Source of the DNA: a bacterium
Lineage (GTDB): Bacteria; Patescibacteriota; Minisyncoccia; Sungbacterales; HO2-52-23
Assembly: GCA_030697705.1 (NCBI GenBank)
Contig: JAUYPE010000018.1
Coordinates: 1 to 50,241 of the forward strand
DNA: 50,241 nt
Direction: 5' to 3'
The notes beneath the pieces were generated by a model. The model ran no database searches and had not been told where the DNA came from. It was given only the letters and a program-made list of their open reading frames with translations. The position numbers were made by a program, and so were the translations under genes. Positions 35,376-44,864 of this stretch are shown piece after piece; position 1 is the stretch's first letter; each line of letters opens with the position of its first letter.

Positions 35376-37004
35376 ATGTATATCCCAGAAGACATTGATG
35401 ATATTTTGCGAAATAGAGAAAATGAGGTCTTGGAATTTAAAGAAGCCAAGGGTAATTTTGATTCAGGAGATCGATCAGATTGTTGCGCTGCAATCGCAAA
35501 CACAGGCGGAGGGAGATTATTATTGGGAGTTACGGATGCTGGAGATATAGTCGGTACCAAAGTATATATGGGTACTCTTAACAAAATCCCCCATGATGTG
35601 TATCAAAGAATCAGCGTCACAATTCTGGCAGAGGATGTTCTTCATCCGAAAGGAAGAGTGGTGGTTTTTGACATACCGTCACGACCGGTTGGTCGACGTG
35701 TAAAATCAGATGGCCATTATCGCTATCCAATTCGGAAAGGGGAATCCATCGTAGAAATGGACGATGAGGATACAAAAGCAATACTTAATGAAGTGCAGCC
35801 GGATTTTTCTTCCGGCATTATCGAGAGTTTGACCATCGGTGATATTGATGAACGAGCGGTTGATGATTTTAAAAAAAGAATGGCCGAAAAAACAGGCAAC
35901 CACGCGCTTATTAATTCCTCTACGGAGCGGATATTGCAGGACGCAGAGCTTATACGGGGCGGTAAACTCACTCTCGCGTGTCTGGTTTTGCTTGGGAAGA
36001 AAGAGAAGATTGCGGAGTTATTGCCACAGGCAGAGATTATTTACGAATGGCGCAATTCATCAGAACAAATTCACCATGACTCTCGCGTGTCTTGGAGAGC
36101 GCCGTATTTTATTGTTTACGACGATATTTGGCAAACGATTCATGCACGCAATCTCCGCACACCGTACCAGGAGGGATTTATACAGCAAGAGGTGCTGGCG
36201 TTTGACGAGAAGTCGTGTCGTGAAGCTGTTAATAACGCAGTCGCCCATCGCGACTATTCAATTAGCGGGCGTTCAGTTTTTATCTATGCGTCTCCCGAAT
36301 CATTTGCAGTAGTTAGTCCCGGAGGTTTTCCAGAACATATTACGCCAGAAAATATTTTAAAAGCCCCTCCGCACTGGCGGAATCGGCTGATTGCTGAAGC
36401 GCTTGAGCGTACAAAATTGGTAGAAAAATCTGGACAGGGAATAGATATAATTTTTGATGCGACTATCCGGCACGGAAAAGGGCTCCCTGATTTTAGAGGC
36501 ACAGATGCTTATACGGTGCGAATAAACATTCCGTCAAAAGTGAAAGACGCTGAATTCATAAGATTTTTGGAGAAAATTGTCAACGAAAAACAGATTAGCT
36601 TTTCTTTTGATGAAATTTATGAATTAGAGTTGCTTCGTGAGCAAAAAGTTGTCGCAAATCCGCAACACAAAGAAAAATTTTTGAAACTTGGGATTGTGGA
36701 AAAAATAGGCAAAACAAGCGGAACAAAATATATGCTTTCGCATAGGTATTATTCCTATGAGGAAAAGCCCGGTGCATATACAAGAATAAGAGGGCTTACT
36801 CGTGAGCATAAAAAACAGTTAATACTTGCGCATATTAAACGTGAAAGCCACGGTCAGATACGGGATTTTATAGATGCATTTCCTGAATTGAAGCGATCTG
36901 ATATCAATAATCTTCTTCAAGAATTAAAGCATGATAATCTGATCTATCTCGAGGGGAAGACACGGACAGGTGTTTGGAAGTTAGTTAAAAGAGAGATAGA
37001 TTAG
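35376..37004 (+). CDS. Schlafen/AlbA_2-domain protein with RecG-C/HATPase_c_4-like domain and C-terminal HTH
   Basis: ENEVLEFKE, AIANTGGG.LLLGV.D; REAVNNAVAHRDY, SPGGF, RNRLIA, VEKSGQGI; winged-HTH-like tail. Confidence 0.85.
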   Translation: MYIPEDIDDILRNRENEVLEFKEAKGNFDSGDRSDCCAAIANTGGGRLLLGVTDAGDIVGTKVYMGTLNKIPHDVYQRISVTILAEDVLHPKGRVVVFDIPSRPVGRRVKSDGHYRYPIRKGESIVEMDDEDTKAILNEVQPDFSSGIIESLTIGDIDERAVDDFKKRMAEKTGNHALINSSTERILQDAELIRGGKLTLACLVLLGKKEKIAELLPQAEIIYEWRNSSEQIHHDSRVSWRAPYFIVYDDIWQTIHARNLRTPYQEGFIQQEVLAFDEKSCREAVNNAVAHRDYSISGRSVFIYASPESFAVVSPGGFPEHITPENILKAPPHWRNRLIAEALERTKLVEKSGQGIDIIFDATIRHGKGLPDFRGTDAYTVRINIPSKVKDAEFIRFLEKIVNEKQISFSFDEIYELELLREQKVVANPQHKEKFLKLGIVEKIGKTSGTKYMLSHRYYSYEEKPGAYTRIRGLTREHKKQLILAHIKRESHGQIRDFIDAFPELKRSDINNLLQELKHDNLIYLEGKTRTGVWKLVKREID

Positions 37005-37070
37005 TTAAAGAATGATGAAAATATGGCTTAAAATAAGGGTGTGAATAAGTTGAAAGTTTAAATAGTTTTT

Positions 37071-39932
37071 ATGCCAAAGAAAGTTAAAAACAATTTACTC
37101 AATGAACTGCCGCTTGCCGCCACGCTTGCGCCGGAAGTGAAGGCGTGGGCGGATCAGGGCTGGCAGGGGGTAACCCAGACGACCTACGAACTTTTGGCGT
37201 ATTGGTTTAATCGCGACGAGGAAACGGACGAGAAATTTCATGACTGCCAGCGACGCGCGGTGGAAACGATTATTTACTGCCACGAGGTTTTGGGGATTGA
37301 AACTTTGAAGCAAGCATTTGAAAGATTCGCTCCGGAAGCACTTACGGCAAGTGCCGCGCTTTCGGAAGAAGTGCAGAATTTACCATTTGCGAAATATTGT
37401 CTTAAAATGGCAACCGGTACCGGCAAGACATGGGTTTTGGCCGCGCTTTTGGTTTGGCAGTATTTCAACGCTTTGAATGGTGAACGGCCGGGCAAGTACT
37501 CTACGCACTTTTTGCTTGTTGCGCCCGGACATGAAGTATTGAACCGCCTGCTGGATATGTTTTTGGGAAAGCATGATGTCATGACTGGCAATCGCGACAA
37601 ATCCAAATCAGATTTTGAACGAGCACTTTTTATGCCGGAGGGCGAGCGGTTTCGTAATCATTTTCATCTGCGAATACTGGAGCCGTCCGACATTCGACCT
37701 AATCTTACACCACCGGATGAGCCGTTTGTGTATATCACCAACTGGCAACAGTTTCGTTTGAAAGAATCCACCAATTTATGGGACCAACTGACGGGCGCTG
37801 ATGTTGAGGAACAACCACGCGGTGAGATTATTGCTGATTTTATGAGCGAGTATTCGGATTTGATTATTTTCAACGACGAGGCGCACCATGTCCACGACGC
37901 CAAAACCGCCAAAGGCGAGGAATTGGTCTGGCGGAAATTCTTGGTGGTACTTTATAACCGAATGGCGGAAAAGCGCGGCAGTGAAAGGGGCGTATTTTTG
38001 CAAATTGATTTTTCCGCCACGCCTTTCTATGGAAGTGCTACAAAGAAAGAGTATTTTCCCCATATCGTTTATGACTTTGACCTTGTAGAAGCGATGAGGG
38101 CTATGCTTGTGAAGCAGATATTTTTGGAAGAACGGCAAGGAATGATGGGCGAGAGAATGGAAGACCTTGAGCCCCTAGCCGAACGAGCCGAGGCGGACGA
38201 TGAACGTCGTCGTGGACAGGTTATCAGTGTTTCCGTAAGTCAAAAACTGCTTTTGGACATCGGCAGAAAAAAGATGGAGCAGATAGCCGTGGAATTTCGC
38301 GAAAAAGGAATGGATAAAAAGCCGGTGCTTTTTGTGCTTGCGGAAAATACCGAAGTGGCAGATTTGGTTGCTGAACATTTGGCTAATTTGACCGACGAGT
38401 GCGGGAGGAATTATCGCAATCAGATTCTCGTGATTCATTCTGATAAAAAGGGTGAGATGAGCGAAAAAGATTGGGAAAAGTATCGTCAGCAACTGGAAAC
38501 ACTGGATGAGTCGGAAGAAATAAACCCGATTCGCGTTGTGGTGAGCGTCTTGATGTTGCGCGAGGGCTTTGATACGCAAAATGTGGCGGTAGTCGTAGTT
38601 TTGCGAAGCGCGAAAGCCGATCTCCTCTTGGAGCAGATTGTTGGGCGTGGCGTTCGGCTGATGTTTCCAGAATATAAATATCCCGAACTTATGGACTTGA
38701 AGCGGGAGGCGCGAGAGGATGTGATGAGAAAGCGTGCGCCTAAAAACTCTTTGGACTTTCTGTTTGTCGTTGAACATCCGAAATTCAGGGGTTTTTATGA
38801 AGAATTACAGAGGCAGGGATACGCCATTGGCATGGGAGATTCTTCCGGCACGGAAACGACCGGCGACTTGGCTTTATCGGAAGCCACGCCCGAAAGAATT
38901 AAAAAATATGATCTTTTATGGCCGATACAGGTGTACGAACAGTCGCCAAAGTTTGATTTTTCCGCCATAGGTATTTCGGGGTTACCGAAGTACTCCATTC
39001 CATTTGAGGTGCTCAAAAAACAGCTTTCCAGAATCTCCATCACAGAAACACATGCCGAGACGGGCGGGAAAATAAAAACATGGAAACTGGACAATCAGTA
39101 TTTTGACTATGGCCATTTCTTGCGCCAAGCGACAATGGCAGTGGCTTCCGAGCGGGAAAAACATATTTTCACCGGTAATATGGCAGAAATTACGGCTATC
39201 ATTGATGAGTATGCCAGCAATTACTTATTCGGCGGCGAGATTGATTGGCAAAAGGCAGAAAATTATACGGTTCTTAACTACGCGCCGCTTTTTGATGATG
39301 TTGTGCGGAATGTAAGGAATGCACTATTGGCGGGTTTGGGCGCGATTCAATATGAAGTGAAAGCAGGGAAAATTGGCAGATTGAGCGATGTGAAAAAAAT
39401 TTTCGTGCGCAAATCGTTTTCCGTGCCGGTAGAGCGGTGTATTTATCCGCTTTCTGCATATTCACGCCGTGGAGAGGGTTTTGAGAAAAAATTTATGGAG
39501 GAAACTCTGGATAAATCCGCCGAGGTTGAGGCGTTTGGAAAAATCCAACAGAGAAAACACTTGCTCAATATTTCTTATCGGGACAAAGACGAAATCAAAC
39601 GGGATTATTTTCCCGACTTTATTATCAAGACAAGAGATAAAATGTATATCGTGGAGACCAAAGCCGAGGGCGAGATGCAAAATGCGGAAGGCAACGAAAA
39701 GAATTTGATCGTTTTGAAGGCGCGTGCGGCGATAAGCTGGTGCAAAACGGCAAGCCAAGTGTCGCTACCAAGCCAACCGCAGGAATGGGAGTATTTTATG
39801 CTCTCCGAAAAAACATTCAACGAAAATCGGCAGTTGGGCTTTGATGCGGTAGCGACTTTGGGCAGATTGGATTTAGAGCGACTCTTGGCGGCTGGAGCGG
39901 GTAAATTGTTTCTTATGCAAGAGGTCTTATGA
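37071..39932 (+). CDS. res: Type III restriction endonuclease/helicase subunit
   Basis: MATGTGKT, NDEAHH, FSATP, MLREGFD, EQIVGRGVR; C-terminal YFPDF..VETK PD-(D/E)xK motif. Confidence 0.9.
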   Translation: MPKKVKNNLLNELPLAATLAPEVKAWADQGWQGVTQTTYELLAYWFNRDEETDEKFHDCQRRAVETIIYCHEVLGIETLKQAFERFAPEALTASAALSEEVQNLPFAKYCLKMATGTGKTWVLAALLVWQYFNALNGERPGKYSTHFLLVAPGHEVLNRLLDMFLGKHDVMTGNRDKSKSDFERALFMPEGERFRNHFHLRILEPSDIRPNLTPPDEPFVYITNWQQFRLKESTNLWDQLTGADVEEQPRGEIIADFMSEYSDLIIFNDEAHHVHDAKTAKGEELVWRKFLVVLYNRMAEKRGSERGVFLQIDFSATPFYGSATKKEYFPHIVYDFDLVEAMRAMLVKQIFLEERQGMMGERMEDLEPLAERAEADDERRRGQVISVSVSQKLLLDIGRKKMEQIAVEFREKGMDKKPVLFVLAENTEVADLVAEHLANLTDECGRNYRNQILVIHSDKKGEMSEKDWEKYRQQLETLDESEEINPIRVVVSVLMLREGFDTQNVAVVVVLRSAKADLLLEQIVGRGVRLMFPEYKYPELMDLKREAREDVMRKRAPKNSLDFLFVVEHPKFRGFYEELQRQGYAIGMGDSSGTETTGDLALSEATPERIKKYDLLWPIQVYEQSPKFDFSAIGISGLPKYSIPFEVLKKQLSRISITETHAETGGKIKTWKLDNQYFDYGHFLRQATMAVASEREKHIFTGNMAEITAIIDEYASNYLFGGEIDWQKAENYTVLNYAPLFDDVVRNVRNALLAGLGAIQYEVKAGKIGRLSDVKKIFVRKSFSVPVERCIYPLSAYSRRGEGFEKKFMEETLDKSAEVEAFGKIQQRKHLLNISYRDKDEIKRDYFPDFIIKTRDKMYIVETKAEGEMQNAEGNEKNLIVLKARAAISWCKTASQVSLPSQPQEWEYFMLSEKTFNENRQLGFDAVATLGRLDLERLLAAGAGKLFLMQEVL

Positions 39933-40954
39933 AGGCACTTACGATTTGTCCCCTAGCGCCTGACGACCACGAGGCGTTCGGGTTTTATATAGCCAAGGCG
40001 TACCACGAGAAATATATTCTGCGCGACCGGCGCTATCGCGAGTGGCAATATGGCGAAAGTTTACTGCTTGCGAAACACGACGGTGTCGTCGTCGGCCATT
40101 TCGGATTCCGCGACATGCGATATAAAGTATATGATCGCACCCTATTGGTACGCGTGCTCATGAATTTGTTTGTGAACCCCGACTACCGGCTGACGGGTGT
40201 CGGCGCGATTTTAGGGCGGGAAGTATTCGGAGAAGACCATCCCGTGCTCGTCTCTGGCTATACCTCTTTGGCTGAAAAACTTTTCTCGCATCTGCGTCCT
40301 CAATGGAAAAATACGGGAGTCCTTACGCGTTTTTTTGCGGTGTTGAATCCGGCGGCTCCTTTATTTGAAAGGTACGCAATTCCTCAAACGACGCTCTCCC
40401 ATACCGAGAGTGGGGCGATAACCGTCGATGAGCGTGTGCCTTCCGGGCCGTTTATTGATGCGTGCTGGCGCTTAGCAAAAGACCGTTTTCTAGTGACGGT
40501 TGAGCGGACCGCTTCGTATGTAACTTGGCGCTTTATCCGCCATCCGTTCTTCTCGTATCTTTACCTCACCGCGCGACAAAAATCCTCTCCGGCGGGTTAT
40601 CTTGTAGGCAGGATAGAGGAGGATAAGGGCTTCCGCATCGCTCGTATCATAGACCTCATAGCCACCCCCGCGGTTGAGGGGGCGCTTTTGGGAGCTTTTA
40701 TTGAACGCGCCAAACGCGAGGGTGCGGACGGGGCTGATATGTTTTTTTCGGGTTCCGTCTATCGCGAGGCGTTGCATGGGGCGGGTTTCTTTGATGTCGC
40801 GGGTACGGATTTTGAAAAATTTCCTATCCTGTTCAGTCCGCTGTCATTCAAAAAGGCCTCAATAAATATCGGGTATGACATGAACGCACCGCTGGAGGAT
40901 TGTTTTTTTACCAAGGCGGACGGAGATCAAGATCGTCCGAATCCGTACCAGTAG
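39929..40954 (+). CDS. GNAT-family acyltransferase (double GNAT fold)
   Basis: WQY, VVGH, LFVNPDYRLTGVG, R...Y..WRF..HP, KADGDQDRP. Confidence 0.75.
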   Translation: MKALTICPLAPDDHEAFGFYIAKAYHEKYILRDRRYREWQYGESLLLAKHDGVVVGHFGFRDMRYKVYDRTLLVRVLMNLFVNPDYRLTGVGAILGREVFGEDHPVLVSGYTSLAEKLFSHLRPQWKNTGVLTRFFAVLNPAAPLFERYAIPQTTLSHTESGAITVDERVPSGPFIDACWRLAKDRFLVTVERTASYVTWRFIRHPFFSYLYLTARQKSSPAGYLVGRIEEDKGFRIARIIDLIATPAVEGALLGAFIERAKREGADGADMFFSGSVYREALHGAGFFDVAGTDFEKFPILFSPLSFKKASINIGYDMNAPLEDCFFTKADGDQDRPNPYQ

Positions 40955-40964
40955 GAATAATATC

Positions 40965-42176
40965 ATGGTTTCTGTGCAAAAAAAGAGAAAAATCTGCTTT
41001 CCCATCATGAACCGGGTACACTACGCCCGGCAAAAATATCTGCTTGATTTACTGCAGGCCGACTCGCGCATCCAACTGCAAGTCGTCGTGGGAGGGTCCG
41101 CACTGCTGGAAAAATACGGCGAGCGCTTCGTACCCGCACTGGAGCAGTCGGGATTCCATGTTGACGATGCGCTCTATAATGTCATAGAGGGAGGCAACCA
41201 TATCGCGATGGCGAAAACCGCGGCGCTCACGGCGCTTGAGTTTTCCAATTCGCTCTATAAACTCAATCCAGATATTGTGCTGGTGCGCGGCGACCGGTTT
41301 GAACAGCTCGCCGTTGCGATGGTGGCGGCGTATGTGAACAAGACCGTTGCCCATATTGAGGGAGGAGATGTGTCGGGTACGATTGACGAGAGCGTCCGGC
41401 ATGCCATTACCAAGTTGGCGCATATCCACATGGTAACCAATGAAGACGCGCGCCGGCGGGTCATCCAGATGGGGGAGCGTCCCGCGAGCGTCTTTAATAT
41501 CGGATCGCCCGATGTGGAGTTCGCCGCGCGGGAGAAGAAAAAAATTGACGCCGCGCTCTGGCGCTCCATCGGTACGGGTCACGACATTGATTTTACCAAA
41601 CCCTACCTGATGGTCATGTATCATCCGGTCACCACGGAGGTGGACAATAAAGGTCCGGCGGAGGCGCTTCTTTCCGCCGTAGATGCGCTTAACATGCAGA
41701 CCGTATGGTTCTGGCCCAACAGCGATGCTGGTACCAATGAAATTGCCAAGGCGATCAGAGTGTGGCGGGAGGGAAAGAAGATAAAAAACAAGAAAATCAA
41801 ATTCGTCACCGATGTGCTCCCCGAGGATTTCATCGCACTCCTGCGCGGAGCAAGCGTATTAGTGGGCAACTCGTCCTCCGGCATTAAAGAGGCGTCGTAT
41901 CTCGGGGTTCCCGTGGTGAATATCGGTACGCGGCAAGGGGGTCGCCTGCGCGGTCCTCATGTGCGCGATGCGGGGTACGACACGAATGCCATACACGCCG
42001 CGATCCGCGCCCAGCTCAAACACGGACCGTACCATTCCTCTCATCTCTATTACCAGCCAAACACAAGCGAACGGATAGTGGACATTCTTGCCGGCGCCGA
42101 ACTCTCCATACAGAAAAAATTTATTGATGCGGAGGTTCCGCCGCTTCCGTCAACCATGAACGCGGTGGGGGTGTGA
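40965..42176 (+). CDS. neuC: Hydrolysing UDP-GlcNAc 2-epimerase (NeuC/LegG family)
   Basis: RGDRFE, HIEGGDVSGTIDESVRHAITKLAH, YHPVT, PNSDAG, VGNSSSG, NIGTRQ. Confidence 0.92.
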   Translation: MVSVQKKRKICFPIMNRVHYARQKYLLDLLQADSRIQLQVVVGGSALLEKYGERFVPALEQSGFHVDDALYNVIEGGNHIAMAKTAALTALEFSNSLYKLNPDIVLVRGDRFEQLAVAMVAAYVNKTVAHIEGGDVSGTIDESVRHAITKLAHIHMVTNEDARRRVIQMGERPASVFNIGSPDVEFAAREKKKIDAALWRSIGTGHDIDFTKPYLMVMYHPVTTEVDNKGPAEALLSAVDALNMQTVWFWPNSDAGTNEIAKAIRVWREGKKIKNKKIKFVTDVLPEDFIALLRGASVLVGNSSSGIKEASYLGVPVVNIGTRQGGRLRGPHVRDAGYDTNAIHAAIRAQLKHGPYHSSHLYYQPNTSERIVDILAGAELSIQKKFIDAEVPPLPSTMNAVGV

Positions 42177-42212
42177 CACTGAAAGATGGCGGGTACACGC
42201 GAGAGAACGCTT

Positions 42213-42914
42213 ATGAAAATTCTTGGTATCATAACGGCGCGAGGCGGTTCTAAAGGAATCCCTGGCAAAAATATTAAGCCGCTTGCGGGCACGCCACTAA
42301 TCGTTTACACGATTGAAGCGGCGCGGCAGTCCGGTGTTTTTGATCGCGTCATTCTTTCTACGGATGATGCGGAAATTGCCGAGATAGCTCGCGCGCACGG
42401 ATGCGAAGTGCCGTTCATGCGTCCTGCCGAGTTGGCGCAGGATACGACGCCGCATCTGCCCGTTTTACAGCATGCCGTTACGCATCTCCGAGAGCATGAA
42501 AACTATGCGCCCGACGCGGTCATGATTCTCCAGCCGACCGCGCCTTTACGCACGGCGGAGCATATTCACGAAGCGGTTAAACTTTTTGAAAAAAGTAATG
42601 CCGACTCGGTCGTGAGCGTATGCGAGGTACCGGGCCACTACAATCCGCATTGGCAATTTACCATTGATAATAAAAGTCATTTAGCAATTTTTACCGGCGA
42701 ACCATTTTCTCAAATTGTACCGCGGAGACAGGATTTATTGAAAACATATGCGCGCAATGGTGCTATTTATATATGTAAAACAATTTCTTTGTTTGATGTA
42801 GCTCTACCTTTGTATGGCAATCATGTCTTGGCGTATGTAATGAAATCGGAGGAAAGTGTAAATCTTGATACGATAGAGGACTGGAAAGAGGCGGAGAGGA
42901 TATTGATGAAATAG
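42213..42914 (+). CDS. neuA: CMP-nonulosonate synthetase, copy 2
   Basis: ITARGGSKGIPGKN, LSTD, LQPTAPLR, RRQDL, NGAIY, NLDT. Confidence 0.92.
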   Translation: MKILGIITARGGSKGIPGKNIKPLAGTPLIVYTIEAARQSGVFDRVILSTDDAEIAEIARAHGCEVPFMRPAELAQDTTPHLPVLQHAVTHLREHENYAPDAVMILQPTAPLRTAEHIHEAVKLFEKSNADSVVSVCEVPGHYNPHWQFTIDNKSHLAIFTGEPFSQIVPRRQDLLKTYARNGAIYICKTISLFDVALPLYGNHVLAYVMKSEESVNLDTIEDWKEAERILMK

Positions 42915-42929
42915 TAGTGTTTAAGAAGC

Positions 42930-43568
42930 ATGGAAGAAAATCTACAAAAAAAGCTAGAAAATGAACTAGAAACCTCTCTTAAAAATTATAGTGAGGGTGC
43001 CTTTCCTCAAGTTGAGCGAATGCATAAACTTTTGGATCAAGAATATGAAAAGGAAATTGACGATCAGATTAATTTTTTAAGAAATATTACCGTTATGGCA
43101 GGCGTTGTTGCTCCCTTTTCATTAACATTATTATCAGATCAATCATTGGGTGTACAAAAGCCCTTCTTACTAATAGGCTTCATCCTGTTGCTTAGTACTG
43201 TTCTTGTGACACTTCTTTCTTCCAAGAAGTTTCTATTAAACAGAAAGTATAAAGATACTCCCAACTTAGCTCGTAATCATATTATTGCAAGATGTTCGGT
43301 TGATGATCTTTTAAATATAAATAAATCTTTAAGCGACAGGGTTATTTCACTCAATGAAGTTCAAAAAAGCATTGACACTGTTTACCATAAATTTAGTAAT
43401 CTTGGCTATACAAACAAACTTACAGATTTAAGAAATAGACTTTCGGCAAGTAATCGATGGTCAATTTTTCTTTTTTCATTCGGATTAATTTCTATAATGA
43501 TGTCAGTTGTGTATACTTATTCAGTGATTTTTTTTGACTCCTTTATCAGTCTTATTATAAATTCTTAG
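42930..43568 (+). CDS. AT-rich hypothetical membrane protein (about 3 TM)
   Basis: 212-aa ORF with three hydrophobic segments; 18/60 GC in line 43261. Confidence 0.7.
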   Translation: MEENLQKKLENELETSLKNYSEGAFPQVERMHKLLDQEYEKEIDDQINFLRNITVMAGVVAPFSLTLLSDQSLGVQKPFLLIGFILLLSTVLVTLLSSKKFLLNRKYKDTPNLARNHIIARCSVDDLLNINKSLSDRVISLNEVQKSIDTVYHKFSNLGYTNKLTDLRNRLSASNRWSIFLFSFGLISIMMSVVYTYSVIFFDSFISLIINS

Positions 43569-43580
43569 AATAAAACTACC

Positions 43581-44693
43581 GTGGAAAAATTCTCGTTTCA
43601 TAGAAAAAATGTCTTTATCATCGCCGAGGTTGGGAAGAATTTTATTCAGACGGAAGAGGAGCGGCCCGTCGCTGAGTATCTTGAAAATGCAAAAGTGCTC
43701 GCGCGCGCGGCAAAGCTGGCGGGAGCGGATGCGGTGAAATTTCAGACGCATACGGTTGAGGACGAACAGCTCAATATCAATGTGATCTCGCCGCATTTTA
43801 AAGGGGCTGACCGTTATTCATGGGTGACGCGCAACACGAACGCAACGCCGTTTGACGGTTTTTGGAAGCCGTTAAAAACATATTGCGATGAGGTCGGGAT
43901 CATCTTTTTTTCAACGCCCATGTCGCGCGGGGCGGCGCAAAAATTGCTCCTCCTTGACCAGCCGATCTGGAAGGTTGGTTCGGGCGATATTTTGGATTTT
44001 GTCATGTTGGACTATCTCGTGGCAACCAAAAAACCGATTATCATGTCGGCGGGCATGTCCACCTTGGAAGAGCTGGACATGTCCATACACTTTCTTAAAA
44101 AACGAAACGCCGAAATCATTCTTCTTCACTGCGTGTCAAAATACCCTTGTCCGCCGGAGGAGTTGCGCTTGGCGACGATCGGGTTTTTTCAAAAACGCTA
44201 TCCGGAGCTGACCATTGGATTTTCCGACCATTCTATCGGCATTGATTCGTCGCTTGCCGCCGTGGCGCTCGGCGCAAAAGTAATTGAGAAGCACTTCTCG
44301 CTCCGCCGCGATTTATACGGCGCAGATCATAAAGTATCCATGACGCCGAGCGAAATGGCGGAATTGGTCGCCGGCATTCGTGAGTTTGAAAAAAATCCAG
44401 CGGTTGCGGAAGCGTATCTCGCTAAAGATATTGTAAAAAAAGGAATGGGAACCGCGGAGAAGGTATTGCAAGAGGACGAGGCGGTATTCCGACCTTTTTT
44501 CCGCAAGTCGCTCATGGCGGGACGCGCACTGCCAATCGGTACCGTGCTTCGTGCGGATGATATCTACGCCATGCGTCCCCAACAATTCGCCGGCGGTTTG
44601 CCCTCCGAACACTATGAAGCAGTGCTCGGTAAAAAACTTTCCCGTCCGCTCAAAAAATTTGATCCGATTACCGCGGATGTTTTTGTTGTATAG
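43581..44693 (+). CDS. neuB: Nonulosonic acid synthase (NeuB family) with SAF domain, copy 2
   Basis: IIAEVG.N, GADAVKFQT, STP, KVGSGD, LHCVSKYP, GFSDHS, IEKHF, DH..S, RKSL...MRP SAF domain. Confidence 0.9.
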   Translation: MEKFSFHRKNVFIIAEVGKNFIQTEEERPVAEYLENAKVLARAAKLAGADAVKFQTHTVEDEQLNINVISPHFKGADRYSWVTRNTNATPFDGFWKPLKTYCDEVGIIFFSTPMSRGAAQKLLLLDQPIWKVGSGDILDFVMLDYLVATKKPIIMSAGMSTLEELDMSIHFLKKRNAEIILLHCVSKYPCPPEELRLATIGFFQKRYPELTIGFSDHSIGIDSSLAAVALGAKVIEKHFSLRRDLYGADHKVSMTPSEMAELVAGIREFEKNPAVAEAYLAKDIVKKGMGTAEKVLQEDEAVFRPFFRKSLMAGRALPIGTVLRADDIYAMRPQQFAGGLPSEHYEAVLGKKLSRPLKKFDPITADVFVV

Positions 44694-44787
44694 CGAGAAA
44701 CTTTGTGGCATGAGGGGGTGCTCTACTCTCCGTATCCAACCTGCGGTGGGTTGGGACAGAGCACCTTTAGTATAATGAATTGTCCAT

Positions 44788-44821
44788 ACCCGACTTGTCA
44801 TGTGATGAGTCGGGTTTTTTT
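44788..44821 (+). terminator. Intrinsic terminator
   Basis: ACCCGACTTGTCA...TGATGAGTCGGGT followed by a T-run. Confidence 0.8.
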
Positions 44822-44827
44822 ATTCCG

Positions 44828-44856
44828 TTGACGGCGCGTGCGGGATTCGGTACCAT
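44828..44856 (+). promoter_or_regulatory. sigma70 promoter, near-leaderless
   Basis: TTGACG-17 nt-TACCAT; ATG at 44865. Confidence 0.65.
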
Positions 44857-44864
44857 GGCTCCAT

